Of a stretch of DNA of 64,000 bases, positions 10,623-20,518 are shown in pieces. The stretch is from Nannocystales bacterium (GTDB taxonomy: Bacteria > Myxococcota_A > Polyangia > Nannocystales > Nannocystaceae). The position numbers and the translations under genes were made by a program. Every line of letters begins with the position of its first letter. Positions within the stretch are counted from its first letter, which is position 1. Where the stretch lies: contig JBOEGF010000017.1 of the NCBI GenBank assembly GCA_050633305.1, forward strand, positions 104,717 through 168,716. The letters are read 5' to 3'. The notes under the pieces are model-generated. The model did no database searches and was not told the DNA's origin. It saw nothing but the letters and a program-made list of their open reading frames with translations.

Positions 10623-10669
10623 CCACAACATCTAGTTGACACGGCGCCAGTCGACACAATATACAGACC
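10623..10669 (+). promoter_or_regulatory. tandem NrdR boxes overlapping a sigma70-like promoter
   Basis: CCACAACATCTAGTTG (10623-10638) and ACACAATATACAGACC (10654-10669) fit acaCwAtATaTwGtgt, starts 31 bp apart; TTGACA at 10636-10641; upstream of nrdA. Confidence 0.8.
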
Positions 10670-10872
10670 TTGCGATGGTGCTTCCGACGTCCGCGTCGGA
10701 GGCCGAAAGAGGGAACCCGGTGTGAATCCGGGGCTGCCCCGCAGCGGTCAACGAGAACGAACCCCACGACAAGCACTGGTCGGCATTTCGGCTGGGAAGC
10801 GGTGGGTACTAGGCGTCTGCATCCGGATCATTTCCGGGTCGGCACGCTCGTGAGCCCGAATACCTGCCCTCG
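10670..10872 (+). ncRNA. cobalamin (B12) riboswitch
   Basis: AAGAGGGAACCCGGTGTGAATCCGGGGCTGCCCCGCAGCGGT...CACTGG...GGGAAG...GAGCCCGAATACCTGCC (B12 box); boundaries approximate. Confidence 0.93.
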
Positions 10873-11126
10873 CCTGGCGCCCACCAACATCGGTGCCTGC
10901 TCGACCTGGAGGCCTCGCGGGAGGCATCGGTCCGAACCAACCCTGGGGTGCGCCTGCACGCTGTGGTCTCGGCACCGTCCTTTCTTCCGCGCGACCTCCG
11001 TCGCCCGCGGGGGCGAGGGTTGGTCCAAGGGCACCGTGGCTCTGGGCGTCTGCATGCGCAGCTGCCCGCGACCGATCCGTTTTCTCCTCCGCGGTCCTTC
11101 TTGCCCGAGGAACGAGAGGAGAACTC

Positions 11127-13484
11127 ATGTCCACCCTACCCCCCCCAGTCCCCGCCCCATCCGCAGTGCATTCGTCGATGCGCGTACGCAAGCGATGCGG
11201 TGAAACCCAACGCGTCGACCTGGTCCGTATCGTCAACGCCATCAACCGCCACTGCGACGGTCTCATGGGCGTCGATGCCCACCGCATCGCGACCGCCACC
11301 ATCGGAGGCCTCGTCGACGGCTCCACCACACGCGAGCTCGACGACCTTTCGATCCGCGCCGCGGCTGCACTCACCTACGAAGAGCCCGCCTACTCGAAGC
11401 TCGCCGCTCGTCTGCTGTGTGCGTCGGTCGAGGACGACGTCGCTGCACAGGGCGTCACAGACATCACGACATACGTCGAACGCGGCCGTTCGCTCAACCT
11501 GCTCAACGAGCGGTTGTGTCGATTCTTGCTCGAGCATGCCGGCCCCCTACAAGCCGCACTCGACCCGTCGCGAAACCGAGCCTTCGAATACTTCGGTCTG
11601 CGGACGCTGCACGACCGGTACCTGCTGCGTCATCCCCACACACGCGTGGTCCTCGAGACGCCGCAGCTGTTCTTCCTGCGCGTCGCCGCGGCCCTGTCGG
11701 ACTCCCCGAGCTCCACCATCGAGTTGTACGACCTGCTCTCATCCTTGGACTACCTCCCCAGCTCGCCCACGCTCTTCAACGCCGGGACCACGCACGAGCA
11801 GCTCTCCAGCTGTTTCCTCCTCGACTCGCCCCAGGACCACCTGGAAGACATCTACGGTCGCTACACCGACGTTGCGATGCTCTCGAAGTTCTCCGGAGGC
11901 ATCGGGCTCGCCTTTCATCGGGTGCGCTCGCGTGGTTCGCTGATCGAGAGCACCAACGGACGCAGCAGCGGCATCGTGCCGTGGCTCAAGACCCTGGATG
12001 CGTCCGTCGCAGCGGTCAACCAGGGGGGACGTCGCAAGGGCGCGTGCTGCGTGTACCTCGAACCCTGGCACGCGGACGTCGAGGCATTCTTGGAGCTCCG
12101 GAACAACACCGGGGACGAGGCGCAGCGGACCCACAACCTCAACCTCGCCAACTGGATCCCCGACCTGTTCATGCAACGCGTCGAGGCCGACGGAACCTGG
12201 AGCCTGTTCGACCCCAAGGTTGTTCCAGACCTCCCCGACCTGTGGGGAGACGCCTTCGTCGCCCGGTACGAGGCAGCCGAGCAGGCCGGCCTCGCCACCA
12301 AATCGATCCCCGCCCGAGAACTCTACGCGCGGATGATGCGGACCCTGGCCCAGACCGGCAACGGGTGGATGACCTTCAAGGACGCGTGCAACCGGAGCTG
12401 CAACCAGGCCGCGCAGGAGGACAACGTCGTGCATCTGTCCAACCTGTGCACCGAGATTGTGGAGGTCAGCTCCGACGGCGAGGCTGCGGTCTGCAACCTG
12501 GGGTCTGTGAACCTCGCGCAGCACACGGTGCGCAGCGGCTCGCAGGTGCAGTTCGACTTCGACAAGCTCGCCCGCACCGTCCGAGTCGCGGTCGGACAAC
12601 TCGACGCTGTCATCGACCTCAACCTGTACCCGATCGCGTCCACGAGTCGCTCCAACGCCCGCTGGCGACCCGTCGGTCTGGGCATCATGGGATTGCAGGA
12701 CGTGTTCTTCCAGATGCGGGTGCCCTTCGACAGCCCCGAGGCTCGCGCGCTCTCCCGAAGGATCGCCGAACACATCTACTTCGAAGCCCTGACCAAGTCG
12801 TGCGAACTTGCGGAGGACGCCGGAGCTCACCCCGCGTTCGCGCAGACTCGCGCCGCCCGTGGCGAGCTTCAGTTTGATGCGTGGGACACCGAACCGTCCG
12901 AAGCCCTGGACTGGCCTGGACTCCGCGCACGCATCCAGCGGTCCGGCCTGCGCAACTCGTTGCTCGTCGCGATCGCCCCCACCGCCACCATCGCCTCGAT
13001 CGCTGGCTGCTACGAGTGCATCGAGCCGCAGGTCTCGAACTTGTTCAAACGCGAGACCCTCTCCGGCGACTTTCTCCAGGTCAACCGCTACCTCGTCGAA
13101 ACGCTCCGCGAGCAGGGTTTGTGGACGCCAGAGGTCCGGGATGCGATCAAGGAAGCCGAGGGCTCGGTGCAAGCCTTGTCCGGACTTTCCGAGGACGACA
13201 AGGCTCTGTTCCGGACCGCGTGGGAGCTGCCCATGCGATCGCTGATCGACATGGCCGCGGACCGAGGCGCCTTCATCGACCAGAGCCAATCCTTCAACCT
13301 GTTCGTGGAGAGTCCTGAGATCGGCCGTCTGTCGTCGATGTACTTCTACGCCTGGAAACGCGGGCTCAAGACGACCTACTACCTGCGCTCGAGGCCCGCG
13401 ACACGGATCGCGAAAGCCACGGTCCGCGACACGAAGATCGCGTGCTCCCTCGAGAACCCCGAAAGCTGCGAGGCGTGCCAATGA
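11127..13484 (+). CDS. nrdA: class Ia ribonucleotide reductase alpha subunit with N-terminal ATP cone
   Basis: VRKR ATP-cone start, SSPTLFNAG, LSSCF, SNLCTEI, VCNLGS, APTATIA, KTTYYLR, C-terminal CEACQ; GAGGAG RBS before ATG 11127. Confidence 0.96.
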   Translation: MSTLPPPVPAPSAVHSSMRVRKRCGETQRVDLVRIVNAINRHCDGLMGVDAHRIATATIGGLVDGSTTRELDDLSIRAAAALTYEEPAYSKLAARLLCASVEDDVAAQGVTDITTYVERGRSLNLLNERLCRFLLEHAGPLQAALDPSRNRAFEYFGLRTLHDRYLLRHPHTRVVLETPQLFFLRVAAALSDSPSSTIELYDLLSSLDYLPSSPTLFNAGTTHEQLSSCFLLDSPQDHLEDIYGRYTDVAMLSKFSGGIGLAFHRVRSRGSLIESTNGRSSGIVPWLKTLDASVAAVNQGGRRKGACCVYLEPWHADVEAFLELRNNTGDEAQRTHNLNLANWIPDLFMQRVEADGTWSLFDPKVVPDLPDLWGDAFVARYEAAEQAGLATKSIPARELYARMMRTLAQTGNGWMTFKDACNRSCNQAAQEDNVVHLSNLCTEIVEVSSDGEAAVCNLGSVNLAQHTVRSGSQVQFDFDKLARTVRVAVGQLDAVIDLNLYPIASTSRSNARWRPVGLGIMGLQDVFFQMRVPFDSPEARALSRRIAEHIYFEALTKSCELAEDAGAHPAFAQTRAARGELQFDAWDTEPSEALDWPGLRARIQRSGLRNSLLVAIAPTATIASIAGCYECIEPQVSNLFKRETLSGDFLQVNRYLVETLREQGLWTPEVRDAIKEAEGSVQALSGLSEDDKALFRTAWELPMRSLIDMAADRGAFIDQSQSFNLFVESPEIGRLSSMYFYAWKRGLKTTYYLRSRPATRIAKATVRDTKIACSLENPESCEACQ

Positions 13485-14503
13485 GCGCCGTCCTTCGCCC
13501 CGCATCCCTGCTCGACCCGGGGTTGTGTTTGACCCTTCGCCCGATGGTCTACCCCCAGTACTTCGACATGTACCGGGACGCGATCAAGAACACCTGGACG
13601 GTCGACGAAGTGGAGTTCTCGAGGGATGTCTCTGACCTCCACGGTGGCATGAGCCCCGCAGAGCGGCATCTCATCGAGCGCCTCGTCGCCTTCTTTGCGA
13701 CGGGCGACTCGATCGTCGCCAACAACGTGGTGCTCGCGCTGTATCGCCACATCAATGCCCCGGAGGCCCGGATGTACCTGTCTCGTCAGCTGTACGAGGA
13801 AGCGTTGCATGTGCAGTTCTACCTCACGCTATTGGACACCTACGTGCCTGACCCCGACGCACGGCACCAGGCGTTCGCTGCGATCGAGACCATCCCGTCC
13901 ATCCAGCGCAAGGCCGACTTCTGCCTCAAATGGCTCGACTCGATGGCGTCTCGCGAGCGTCTCGAATCCAGGGACGACCGTCGCCAGTTCCTGCTCAACC
14001 TCATCTGCTTTGCGGCCTGCGTGGAGGGGCTGTTCTTCTTCGGCGCGTTCGCCTACGTGTACTTCCTACGCTCCCGCGGATTGCTGCAAGGGTTGGCCAC
14101 CGGGACGAGTTGGGTGTTTCGCGACGAGAGCGGCCACATGCGGTTCGCCTTCGATGTCGTTGACACAATCCGCCGCGAGCACCCGGACCTCTTCGATGCA
14201 TCGCTCGAGCGAGATGTGCGCGCCATGATCGTCGAGGCGGTGGACTGCGAGGCGATGTTTGCCGACGACCTGCTTGGCCAAGGGGTCGCGGGGCTGAGTC
14301 CGGCCGACGTCCGGCAGTACATCGAACACTGTGCCGATCAACGCTTGGCCAGACTTGGGATGCGCCCGCTGTACGGGAGCACAAACCCCCTGGCGTTCAT
14401 GGAGTTGCAGGACGTGCAAGAGGTGACCAACTTCTTCGAGCGACGTCCCTCCGCCTACCAAGTGGCGGTGGAAGGGAAGGTGGAGCTCGATGTCGCCTTC
14501 TGA
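13481..14503 (+). CDS. nrdB: class Ia ribonucleotide reductase beta subunit
   Basis: FFATGD, EEALHVQFY (radical Tyr present), VEGLFFFGAF, RDESGH, NFFE; ATGA overlap with nrdA. Confidence 0.96.
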   Translation: MSAVLRPASLLDPGLCLTLRPMVYPQYFDMYRDAIKNTWTVDEVEFSRDVSDLHGGMSPAERHLIERLVAFFATGDSIVANNVVLALYRHINAPEARMYLSRQLYEEALHVQFYLTLLDTYVPDPDARHQAFAAIETIPSIQRKADFCLKWLDSMASRERLESRDDRRQFLLNLICFAACVEGLFFFGAFAYVYFLRSRGLLQGLATGTSWVFRDESGHMRFAFDVVDTIRREHPDLFDASLERDVRAMIVEAVDCEAMFADDLLGQGVAGLSPADVRQYIEHCADQRLARLGMRPLYGSTNPLAFMELQDVQEVTNFFERRPSAYQVAVEGKVELDVAF

Positions 14504-14891
14504 ACCCATCCGCCTCATCGAGATGGTCTTCCCCGAACAAACCAACCACTACGGCACTCTGTTCGGGGGCCAAGCCCTGGCGTTGATGGACAAGGCGGCC
14601 TTTATCGCCGCCTCGCGATACTGCCGCCGTACGGTTGTCACCGCGAGCAGCGAGCGCTGTGACTTCATCAGCGCTGTGCGACAGGGGCAGATCGCCGAGC
14701 TGGAGGCGCGCGTCGTCTCGACCGGACGAACATCGATGACCGTTGAGGTAGACCTCGTCGGCGAGGATCTCCTCAGCGGGACTCGCAACCTCGCCACGCG
14801 TGGCCGCTTCACCATGGTCGCCCTCGACGATGCAGGCCGCCCCACGCCCGTCGTTCCAGCTCCGTCCTCGTGTCGTGGAACAGAACGCTAG
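14490..14891 (+). CDS. acyl-CoA thioesterase (hotdog fold, YciA-like)
   Basis: VFPEQTNHYGTLFGG.AL.LMD, VVTAS, TGRTSM, FTMVALD. Confidence 0.92.
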   Translation: MSPSEPIRLIEMVFPEQTNHYGTLFGGQALALMDKAAFIAASRYCRRTVVTASSERCDFISAVRQGQIAELEARVVSTGRTSMTVEVDLVGEDLLSGTRNLATRGRFTMVALDDAGRPTPVVPAPSSCRGTER

Positions 14892-15496
14892 CGGTCCATC
14901 AGATCGCGGAGGCTCTGCGCCCACTCGTCGAACCGCCCGACCATGTCCTCGACACGTTCGGCGCGGGGGTCGAGAGAACGCAGCCGCGCCGCGACAGCCT
15001 CTCGGGCGCGGCGCAAGCGACTCTTGACCGTGCCTTGCGGGATCTCCAGCACCTCGGAGATCTCCAGCGTCGACAGGGCCTCCCAGTAGTGCAGCTCGAG
15101 CACGACCTGGAGCTCCAACGGCACCTCGCGCAGGGCCTGCAGCAGGAACACGTGCTCCTGCTTTCGGGCGCGGATCGAGCTGGGCGACTCGGCCATCTCC
15201 GCGATGCTCAGCTGGTCGATGTCGACGCCCGGCGCCTGTCCGCGCTGTCGATAAAACGCGATCAGCCGTCGGCGAGCGACAGCCAACGCGTAGGTGCGGA
15301 ACGAGGACCGTCCCTCGAAGTTCTGCAGGTTCCGCACACAGTCGAGCACAACCTGCTGGGTCAGCTCGTCGACCTCCGTCGCCACCTTGTTGCGGAAAAA
15401 GCGGCGAATCGCGGGGACGATGGGAGCGAGCAGCGTGTCCCCTGCAGCCCGATCTCCGCCTTTCCACGCCTTCAGCAGCGCGACCTCGTCCTTCAC
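14888..15496 (-). CDS. ECF sigma-70 factor
   Basis: GDRAAG..L, DELTQQV, FEGRSSFRTY, LHYWE.LS..EI.EVL.IP.GTVKSRLRRAR; GTG start inferred. Confidence 0.9.
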   Translation of the reverse strand: MKDEVALLKAWKGGDRAAGDTLLAPIVPAIRRFFRNKVATEVDELTQQVVLDCVRNLQNFEGRSSFRTYALAVARRRLIAFYRQRGQAPGVDIDQLSIAEMAESPSSIRARKQEHVFLLQALREVPLELQVVLELHYWEALSTLEISEVLEIPQGTVKSRLRRAREAVAARLRSLDPRAERVEDMVGRFDEWAQSLRDLMDR

Positions 15497-15536
15497 GCAG
15501 CGGACCGTAGCATGGGTCGCTATCCTCGTCTGGCCC

Positions 15537-17555
15537 GTGTCTGCCCCCACCCAGTCGCCCGATGACGATCGGACACCGACGCTCCCGGCGTGGGTCACCG
15601 CATCGCCCAAGCGCGTGGTGCCCGATCGTGTTGGCCCGTTCAAGGTGCTGGAGAAGATCGGGGCCGGTGGCGCGGGAGAGGTCTGGGCCGCGTACGACGA
15701 GGCACTCGACCGTCGGGTTGCGCTCAAGCTGGTGCGCCGAAGGGGTGTGGCGGACCAACATGAGACCCGCTTGCTGCGTGAGGCGCACGCGCTCGCGAAG
15801 CTCTCGCATCCCAACGTGGTCACGGTGCACGATGCGGACAAAACGCAGGACTACGTCTACATCGCGATGGAGCTCGTCGAAGGCGGCACACTCAAGTCCG
15901 CCTTCGCAAACGCCGCGCACGGACCCCTGACCAGGTTGGGATGGCTGCTGCAAGCCGCCCGAGGGCTCCAGGCCGCGCACGACCTCGGCTTGGTTCACCG
16001 CGACTTCAAGCCAGCCAATGCGTTGTTGGGGGACGACGGCCGGGTGCGTGTCGCGGACTTCGGCTTGGCGCGACGTGCCGAGCCCCACAGCCAAGCCGCC
16101 TCGACCCAGGAGTCGACCGACAACCCATCACTCGACACCGCGGCCGACTCCGCCTTCTCGGACCTGACGATCACCGGAGCGATCCTCGGGACGCCTGCCT
16201 ACATGAGCCCGGAGCAACGCATGGCTCAGCGCGTCACGCCTGCGTCGGACCAGTTCAGCTTCTGCGTCGTCGCATGGCAAGCGCTGTACGGGGAGAACCC
16301 GCTCGCCGAACTCAACCTCGCCCAGTGGGTTGCAGGCGACGCTTCGCTCCCGCACGCCCCGTCCCTCCCTGGAGTTCCAAGCTCGCTCGCCGCAGTGCTA
16401 CGACGGGGACTGGAGCCCTCCCCCAACGCTCGCTACCCCTCGATGACACCGATCCTGCGAGCGTTGGAGTCGGCGACTCGGCCGCGGCGCGGGTGGAAGT
16501 CGATCGCCGTGACTGGGGCGGCGGGAGTTCTCGCTGCGAGCGTCGCTGCAGCCGTACTGTGGCCCGCACCGCAGGAGTGTGCCGTGCCGAGGCTCGGGTG
16601 GACGACGCCTCGTCATGCGGCCACGGCATCGGCCCTCGACGATGGCACCCACGCCGGACAAACCGCGGCGGCTCTCGCACAGCGGGGGCTTCGAGATTTC
16701 GAGGAGGCCTGGGCGGCTCGGGCCCAACTCCACTGCGAACGAAGCCCCAGCGACCCCTCGCCGTGTCTCGAGCGCGACAAAGCGACATACGAGCGCGTCG
16801 TCGCCGTGCTGCATCGAGACGCCGGTCGAAGCCACGTGCCCGAGCTGCTCGCGACCTTGAACCGTGCGTGTCAGCTCACCGACAACGCCGCCGACCCGTC
16901 GTGGATCCGGCTCGCCCAACTGTGGCCCGAACTGGCCGCGGGTAACGCCCAGGAGGCACTGGCGGACAGCACCCGACTCGCCGCAATCCTGGCCACCCGC
17001 CGACAGCCCGAGGACCCCCACCTGCAGTCGGAGCTCGCCCGCCTACGCGGGGCGGCCAAGGCCCAACTCGGCGATACGCATGAAGCCGTCGAGACTCTTC
17101 GGGTCGCCTACAACATCGCCGAGCGCACCGGTGCGGATGCGGTCGCTGCAGCGGTCGCTGCGGATCTCGCGAGGCTCGCGGCGATCGACCTGGGCCAGCC
17201 CGCTCGTGGGCGGGTCTGGCTCGAGTCGGCGGAAGCCCTTGGCGTCCTCCCGCAGGAGGTCCATGCGAAGGTCGCCTTTGTTCGCGGGCTGCTGGCTGCG
17301 AAGGAGAACGACTGGCGGGTTGCGGCGACGGCGTTCGAGCGATCCGCAGCACTGCAGGAAAACGTCCCTGCATACACCGACGGACCCGCCGAGGCATGGT
17401 TGGGTCAGGCCGAGGCTCTCTCCCGGGTGGGGGAGATGGAGCACGCACGACGGTGCGCAAGTCGGGCCGCCGAGCGCCGCGACAGACTCTACGGACCGAC
17501 GCATCCCAAGGCTCGGGCTGCCCGAACCCTCGAACTCTCGCTGCAGTCGCTATAG
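15537..17555 (+). CDS. Hanks-type Ser/Thr kinase with TM helix and TPR-like C-terminus
   Basis: GAGGAG.V, VALK, HRDFKPAN, DFGLA, GTPAYMSPEQ, DQFSFCV; hydrophobic segment then helical repeats; start uncertain. Confidence 0.92.
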   Translation: MSAPTQSPDDDRTPTLPAWVTASPKRVVPDRVGPFKVLEKIGAGGAGEVWAAYDEALDRRVALKLVRRRGVADQHETRLLREAHALAKLSHPNVVTVHDADKTQDYVYIAMELVEGGTLKSAFANAAHGPLTRLGWLLQAARGLQAAHDLGLVHRDFKPANALLGDDGRVRVADFGLARRAEPHSQAASTQESTDNPSLDTAADSAFSDLTITGAILGTPAYMSPEQRMAQRVTPASDQFSFCVVAWQALYGENPLAELNLAQWVAGDASLPHAPSLPGVPSSLAAVLRRGLEPSPNARYPSMTPILRALESATRPRRGWKSIAVTGAAGVLAASVAAAVLWPAPQECAVPRLGWTTPRHAATASALDDGTHAGQTAAALAQRGLRDFEEAWAARAQLHCERSPSDPSPCLERDKATYERVVAVLHRDAGRSHVPELLATLNRACQLTDNAADPSWIRLAQLWPELAAGNAQEALADSTRLAAILATRRQPEDPHLQSELARLRGAAKAQLGDTHEAVETLRVAYNIAERTGADAVAAAVAADLARLAAIDLGQPARGRVWLESAEALGVLPQEVHAKVAFVRGLLAAKENDWRVAATAFERSAALQENVPAYTDGPAEAWLGQAEALSRVGEMEHARRCASRAAERRDRLYGPTHPKARAARTLELSLQSL

Positions 17556-17562
17556 TCGCCGC

Positions 17563-18576
17563 ATGTCCTGGGCCGGCCCCTTTCCCGACCGCCTCGACCT
17601 CGCACGCCTCGAGACGCCGATCGTTCCACTGCCGCGGCTGCGCAAACATCTCGGAGGACCCGCGCTGTGGGTCAAGCGCGACGACCAGACCGGCGCGACC
17701 GAGAGCGGAAACAAGATTCGCAAGCTGCAGTTTGCGGTCGCCGAAGCGATGCGGGCTGGGGCCGACACCCTCATCACCTGCGGTGGGCTGCAGTCCAACC
17801 ACGCCCGGACCACGGTTGTGGTCGCCCGCAGGATGGGGCTGAACGTCGAGTTGGTGTTGCGCGGCGAAGCGCCCGAGCGCCTTGAGGGCAACCTGCTCCT
17901 CGACGGTCTACTGGGCGCGACGGTCCACCTGTATGACCCAGAGGCGTATGCGGACAAGGACGCGATCATGCAAGCTCGCGCGAACACCCTCAGGGCCGAA
18001 GGCAAGCACCCCTTCGTGGTCGCCGAAGGCTGCTCGATGGCCAGTGGGTCGTGGGGCTACATCGACGCAATGCGCGAGATCGTCGCGTGGGAAGCCTCCA
18101 GTGGCGTCCGTCTGGATGCGATCGTCAGCGGTGTCGGGAGCGGAGGCACCGCGGCGGGCATCGAGCTCGGCGCACGCCTGCTCGGGTTTCGCGGGGAGGT
18201 TATCGGGGTGCCGGTCTGTGACGACGAGGCCTTCTTTCGGAAGAAGATCGCCGGGCTGTGCGACGACACGACTCGGGCCTACAACTTGCCCGCCGAGGTC
18301 CGGGAGGACGAAGTGGGACTGCTCGGCGGATACGTCGGCGGGGGCTACGGGATCAGCAGCGAGGCGGAACGCGAGAGCTTGGTGATGCTCGCGCGGCACG
18401 AGGGCATCGTCCTCGAACCCGTGTACAGCGGGAAAGCGTTTCACGCCCTGCGCAGCGAACTCGAGGGTCGGTTCGCGAACATGCAGAACGTGTTGTTCAT
18501 CCACACCGGAGGCGTCTTCGGGCTGGCCGCGTACGCCGATGTCCTACCCGCCCTGCAACTGGCGACGCAGCCGTGA
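17563..18576 (+). CDS. D-cysteine desulfhydrase / ACC deaminase family PLP enzyme
   Basis: VKRDD.TG...GNKIRKL, GGLQSNHAR, GSGGTAAG, EPVYSGKA, FIHTGG. Confidence 0.92.
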   Translation: MSWAGPFPDRLDLARLETPIVPLPRLRKHLGGPALWVKRDDQTGATESGNKIRKLQFAVAEAMRAGADTLITCGGLQSNHARTTVVVARRMGLNVELVLRGEAPERLEGNLLLDGLLGATVHLYDPEAYADKDAIMQARANTLRAEGKHPFVVAEGCSMASGSWGYIDAMREIVAWEASSGVRLDAIVSGVGSGGTAAGIELGARLLGFRGEVIGVPVCDDEAFFRKKIAGLCDDTTRAYNLPAEVREDEVGLLGGYVGGGYGISSEAERESLVMLARHEGIVLEPVYSGKAFHALRSELEGRFANMQNVLFIHTGGVFGLAAYADVLPALQLATQP

Positions 18577-19542
18577 ACGCTCGGACCACGCCAGCGCCAC
18601 GATGAATCCATCGAGCAGCACGTGGCCCAACGCCAATGCTGCCACACCGCCCCACGGTACGACGACCGCCACCGCCACGCCGTAGGCCAGGCCCTTGGCG
18701 AGACAACCCCGCCAAGAGAAGTTTGGATGGTGCAGCAGCCCGAACAGTACTCCGGCACCGATTGCGACCGCCCCTGATCCGACGCCGAGGACCGAGGCCA
18801 GGGCCAACATCGGGACGAGCACCAGCCCGTCCTCCCCCGCGACGCCCAGCGTCTTCCACGGCCGGGAGACCAGGTCCTGCACAGCCTCGGTCCCGGCCGA
18901 CATGTCCGCGGTCGTGGAGGCAGGCAGCGCTCGCTCCATGAGCCACCGGACCAGCAGCTGTCCCCCGAGCGCAACGACCAGGTACGCTACGACGGCGCCC
19001 GCAGCGAAACGCCACGGGGCGAGCAGCAGGTGCACAGCCAACAAGCCCAACCCCGCCCACTCCAGCCCCCGGCCCCGGTACAACAACAACCGGGAGACCG
19101 AGCTCTCCGTCGCCGTCAGCCAAAACGCGGCCTCGACCGAGCCCCCTCGCGCCGCCCGGCGGTACCAGCGACGCGCGCGACGCATCGAGCGACGTGCCCC
19201 ACGACCGTCTCGGTAGCAGTGGCCCAAGAGCACGGCTCCCCGGGGTTGGCCAGCATGGGCGGCGTCCACCGACCACAGGTAGGCGGAGCGATCATTCTCG
19301 AGCGCGCCGTGCCGAACGGCCCGGGCATCCAAGCCCGTCCGGAGCCACGAAGACGCGAAGCGAAGGCGAAGCGACGAACGCCCGTCGGCCAGCGTCCGAA
19401 GGGCGTTCATGTGGGATAGCCAGCACCCGAAATCCCCTTCGTCGCGGTGCGCCGCAGCCTCCAGGGCTTCGAATCGAGCACAGACGGGGTCGGTCTCGGA
19501 GGTTGCGCCCTCACCAGAATCCACGGGTGCGGTACCTCGCAC
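18544..19542 (-). CDS. Sel1-like repeat region fused to CPBP/Abi-like intramembrane domain
   Basis: LGHCYRDGRG...A.RWYRRAARGG Sel1 repeat; TM region with GED, LFGLLH, HVLLD. Confidence 0.65.
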   Translation of the reverse strand: MRGTAPVDSGEGATSETDPVCARFEALEAAAHRDEGDFGCWLSHMNALRTLADGRSSLRLRFASSWLRTGLDARAVRHGALENDRSAYLWSVDAAHAGQPRGAVLLGHCYRDGRGARRSMRRARRWYRRAARGGSVEAAFWLTATESSVSRLLLYRGRGLEWAGLGLLAVHLLLAPWRFAAGAVVAYLVVALGGQLLVRWLMERALPASTTADMSAGTEAVQDLVSRPWKTLGVAGEDGLVLVPMLALASVLGVGSGAVAIGAGVLFGLLHHPNFSWRGCLAKGLAYGVAVAVVVPWGGVAALALGHVLLDGFIVALAWSERSRLRRQLQGG

Positions 19543-19551
19543 CGCGGGAGG

Positions 19552-20040
19552 CTATTCCAGCAGGTCTTGCGCAATTGCTGCGAAGAACGCGTCCGACTGG
19601 ATGTACGCCGCCCAGTCGGTCTCCACCTCGGCGGCGCCGCGGCGCTGCTGAAACAGGACGGGGTCGTCATACTCGCCCTGGTACCAGCCCCAGAGGAACC
19701 GGACCCGCATGGGGTCGATGTTGCGCTGGCGAAGCACGGCCAACATCTGGAGGACCTCCATGTCGTCGAAGGCTTCGATGTAGCCCTCGGCCTCATCGAT
19801 ATGCAGGCCGAGACGGTCGATGCCCGTGGAGGTCAGTCGGTACTCGCCAAGCTTGCGATCGATCGCGACCAGCCCTTGCACCGCGAGCCCCTCCAGGGTC
19901 GGCTCGAACGCCGCCAGAGCCGACGGTAGCAGCACCGGCATGGCGACTCCGCCGTCCTCCGGGGAGAGGTCGAGCAGCTTCAGGACGAACAGCTCAACGT
20001 AGGTTCGCCGTTGGTCTTCGGAGAGTTCATGCATCGACAA
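19552..20040 (-). CDS. hypothetical protein (possible winged helix)
   Basis: Coding-like composition; LEGLAVQGLVAID...YRLTSTG; packed operon. Confidence 0.7.
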   Translation of the reverse strand: MSMHELSEDQRRTYVELFVLKLLDLSPEDGGVAMPVLLPSALAAFEPTLEGLAVQGLVAIDRKLGEYRLTSTGIDRLGLHIDEAEGYIEAFDDMEVLQMLAVLRQRNIDPMRVRFLWGWYQGEYDDPVLFQQRRGAAEVETDWAAYIQSDAFFAAIAQDLLE

Positions 20041-20518
20041 TCGTCCAGCGGTCTGCGGTCAGTCGAATCCGGGGCTCGGGGCCCCGGGGGTTGTCGAGCC
20101 ATGCGGTCACGTCCCCCTGCGCCACATGCAGGGAGCGTTCGCCCAGCCCGGTGGGTGCGGGGATGTCTTTGTTCTGCGGGTTGCACAGCGCCAGCACGAC
20201 GTCGGTCTCGGGACCGAGCACCGGCACGACCTTCTCCGAAGCGAATCGTGCCCAGGGCACCCGCGCTGCGACCTCCTCACCGCGAACCTCGAACCAAAAC
20301 TCGAGATGCAGGGGGCCCGGCTCCGGTTCGTCCGGGGTGTGGATTGCGATGAGCAAGGGGGCCTCGATCCGGCGCAGGACTCCATCGTCGAGCCACACCT
20401 CGGACGGACGGCACCATCCATGCTCGTAGAAGTCGTCGCCCTGCGGCGAGTCCGGCTCGAGCCCCAGCAACCTGCGAGTTCCGCCCCGTTCGAACGGAAT
20501 GTCCGCGACGCCGAGCAT
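20027..20518 (-). CDS. hypothetical protein
   Basis: Overlaps both neighbours (TGATG coupling at 20518); normal composition. Confidence 0.7.
   Translation of the reverse strand: MLGVADIPFERGGTRRLLGLEPDSPQGDDFYEHGWCRPSEVWLDDGVLRRIEAPLLIAIHTPDEPEPGPLHLEFWFEVRGEEVAARVPWARFASEKVVPVLGPETDVVLALCNPQNKDIPAPTGLGERSLHVAQGDVTAWLDNPRGPEPRIRLTADRWTIVDA

Noticed and set aside
5403..17562. Extended N-termini in the ORF track (5403, 6640, 10893, 15294, 16864)
   Set aside because: They overlap upstream genes or the riboswitch leader; downstream starts fit RBS and family motifs better
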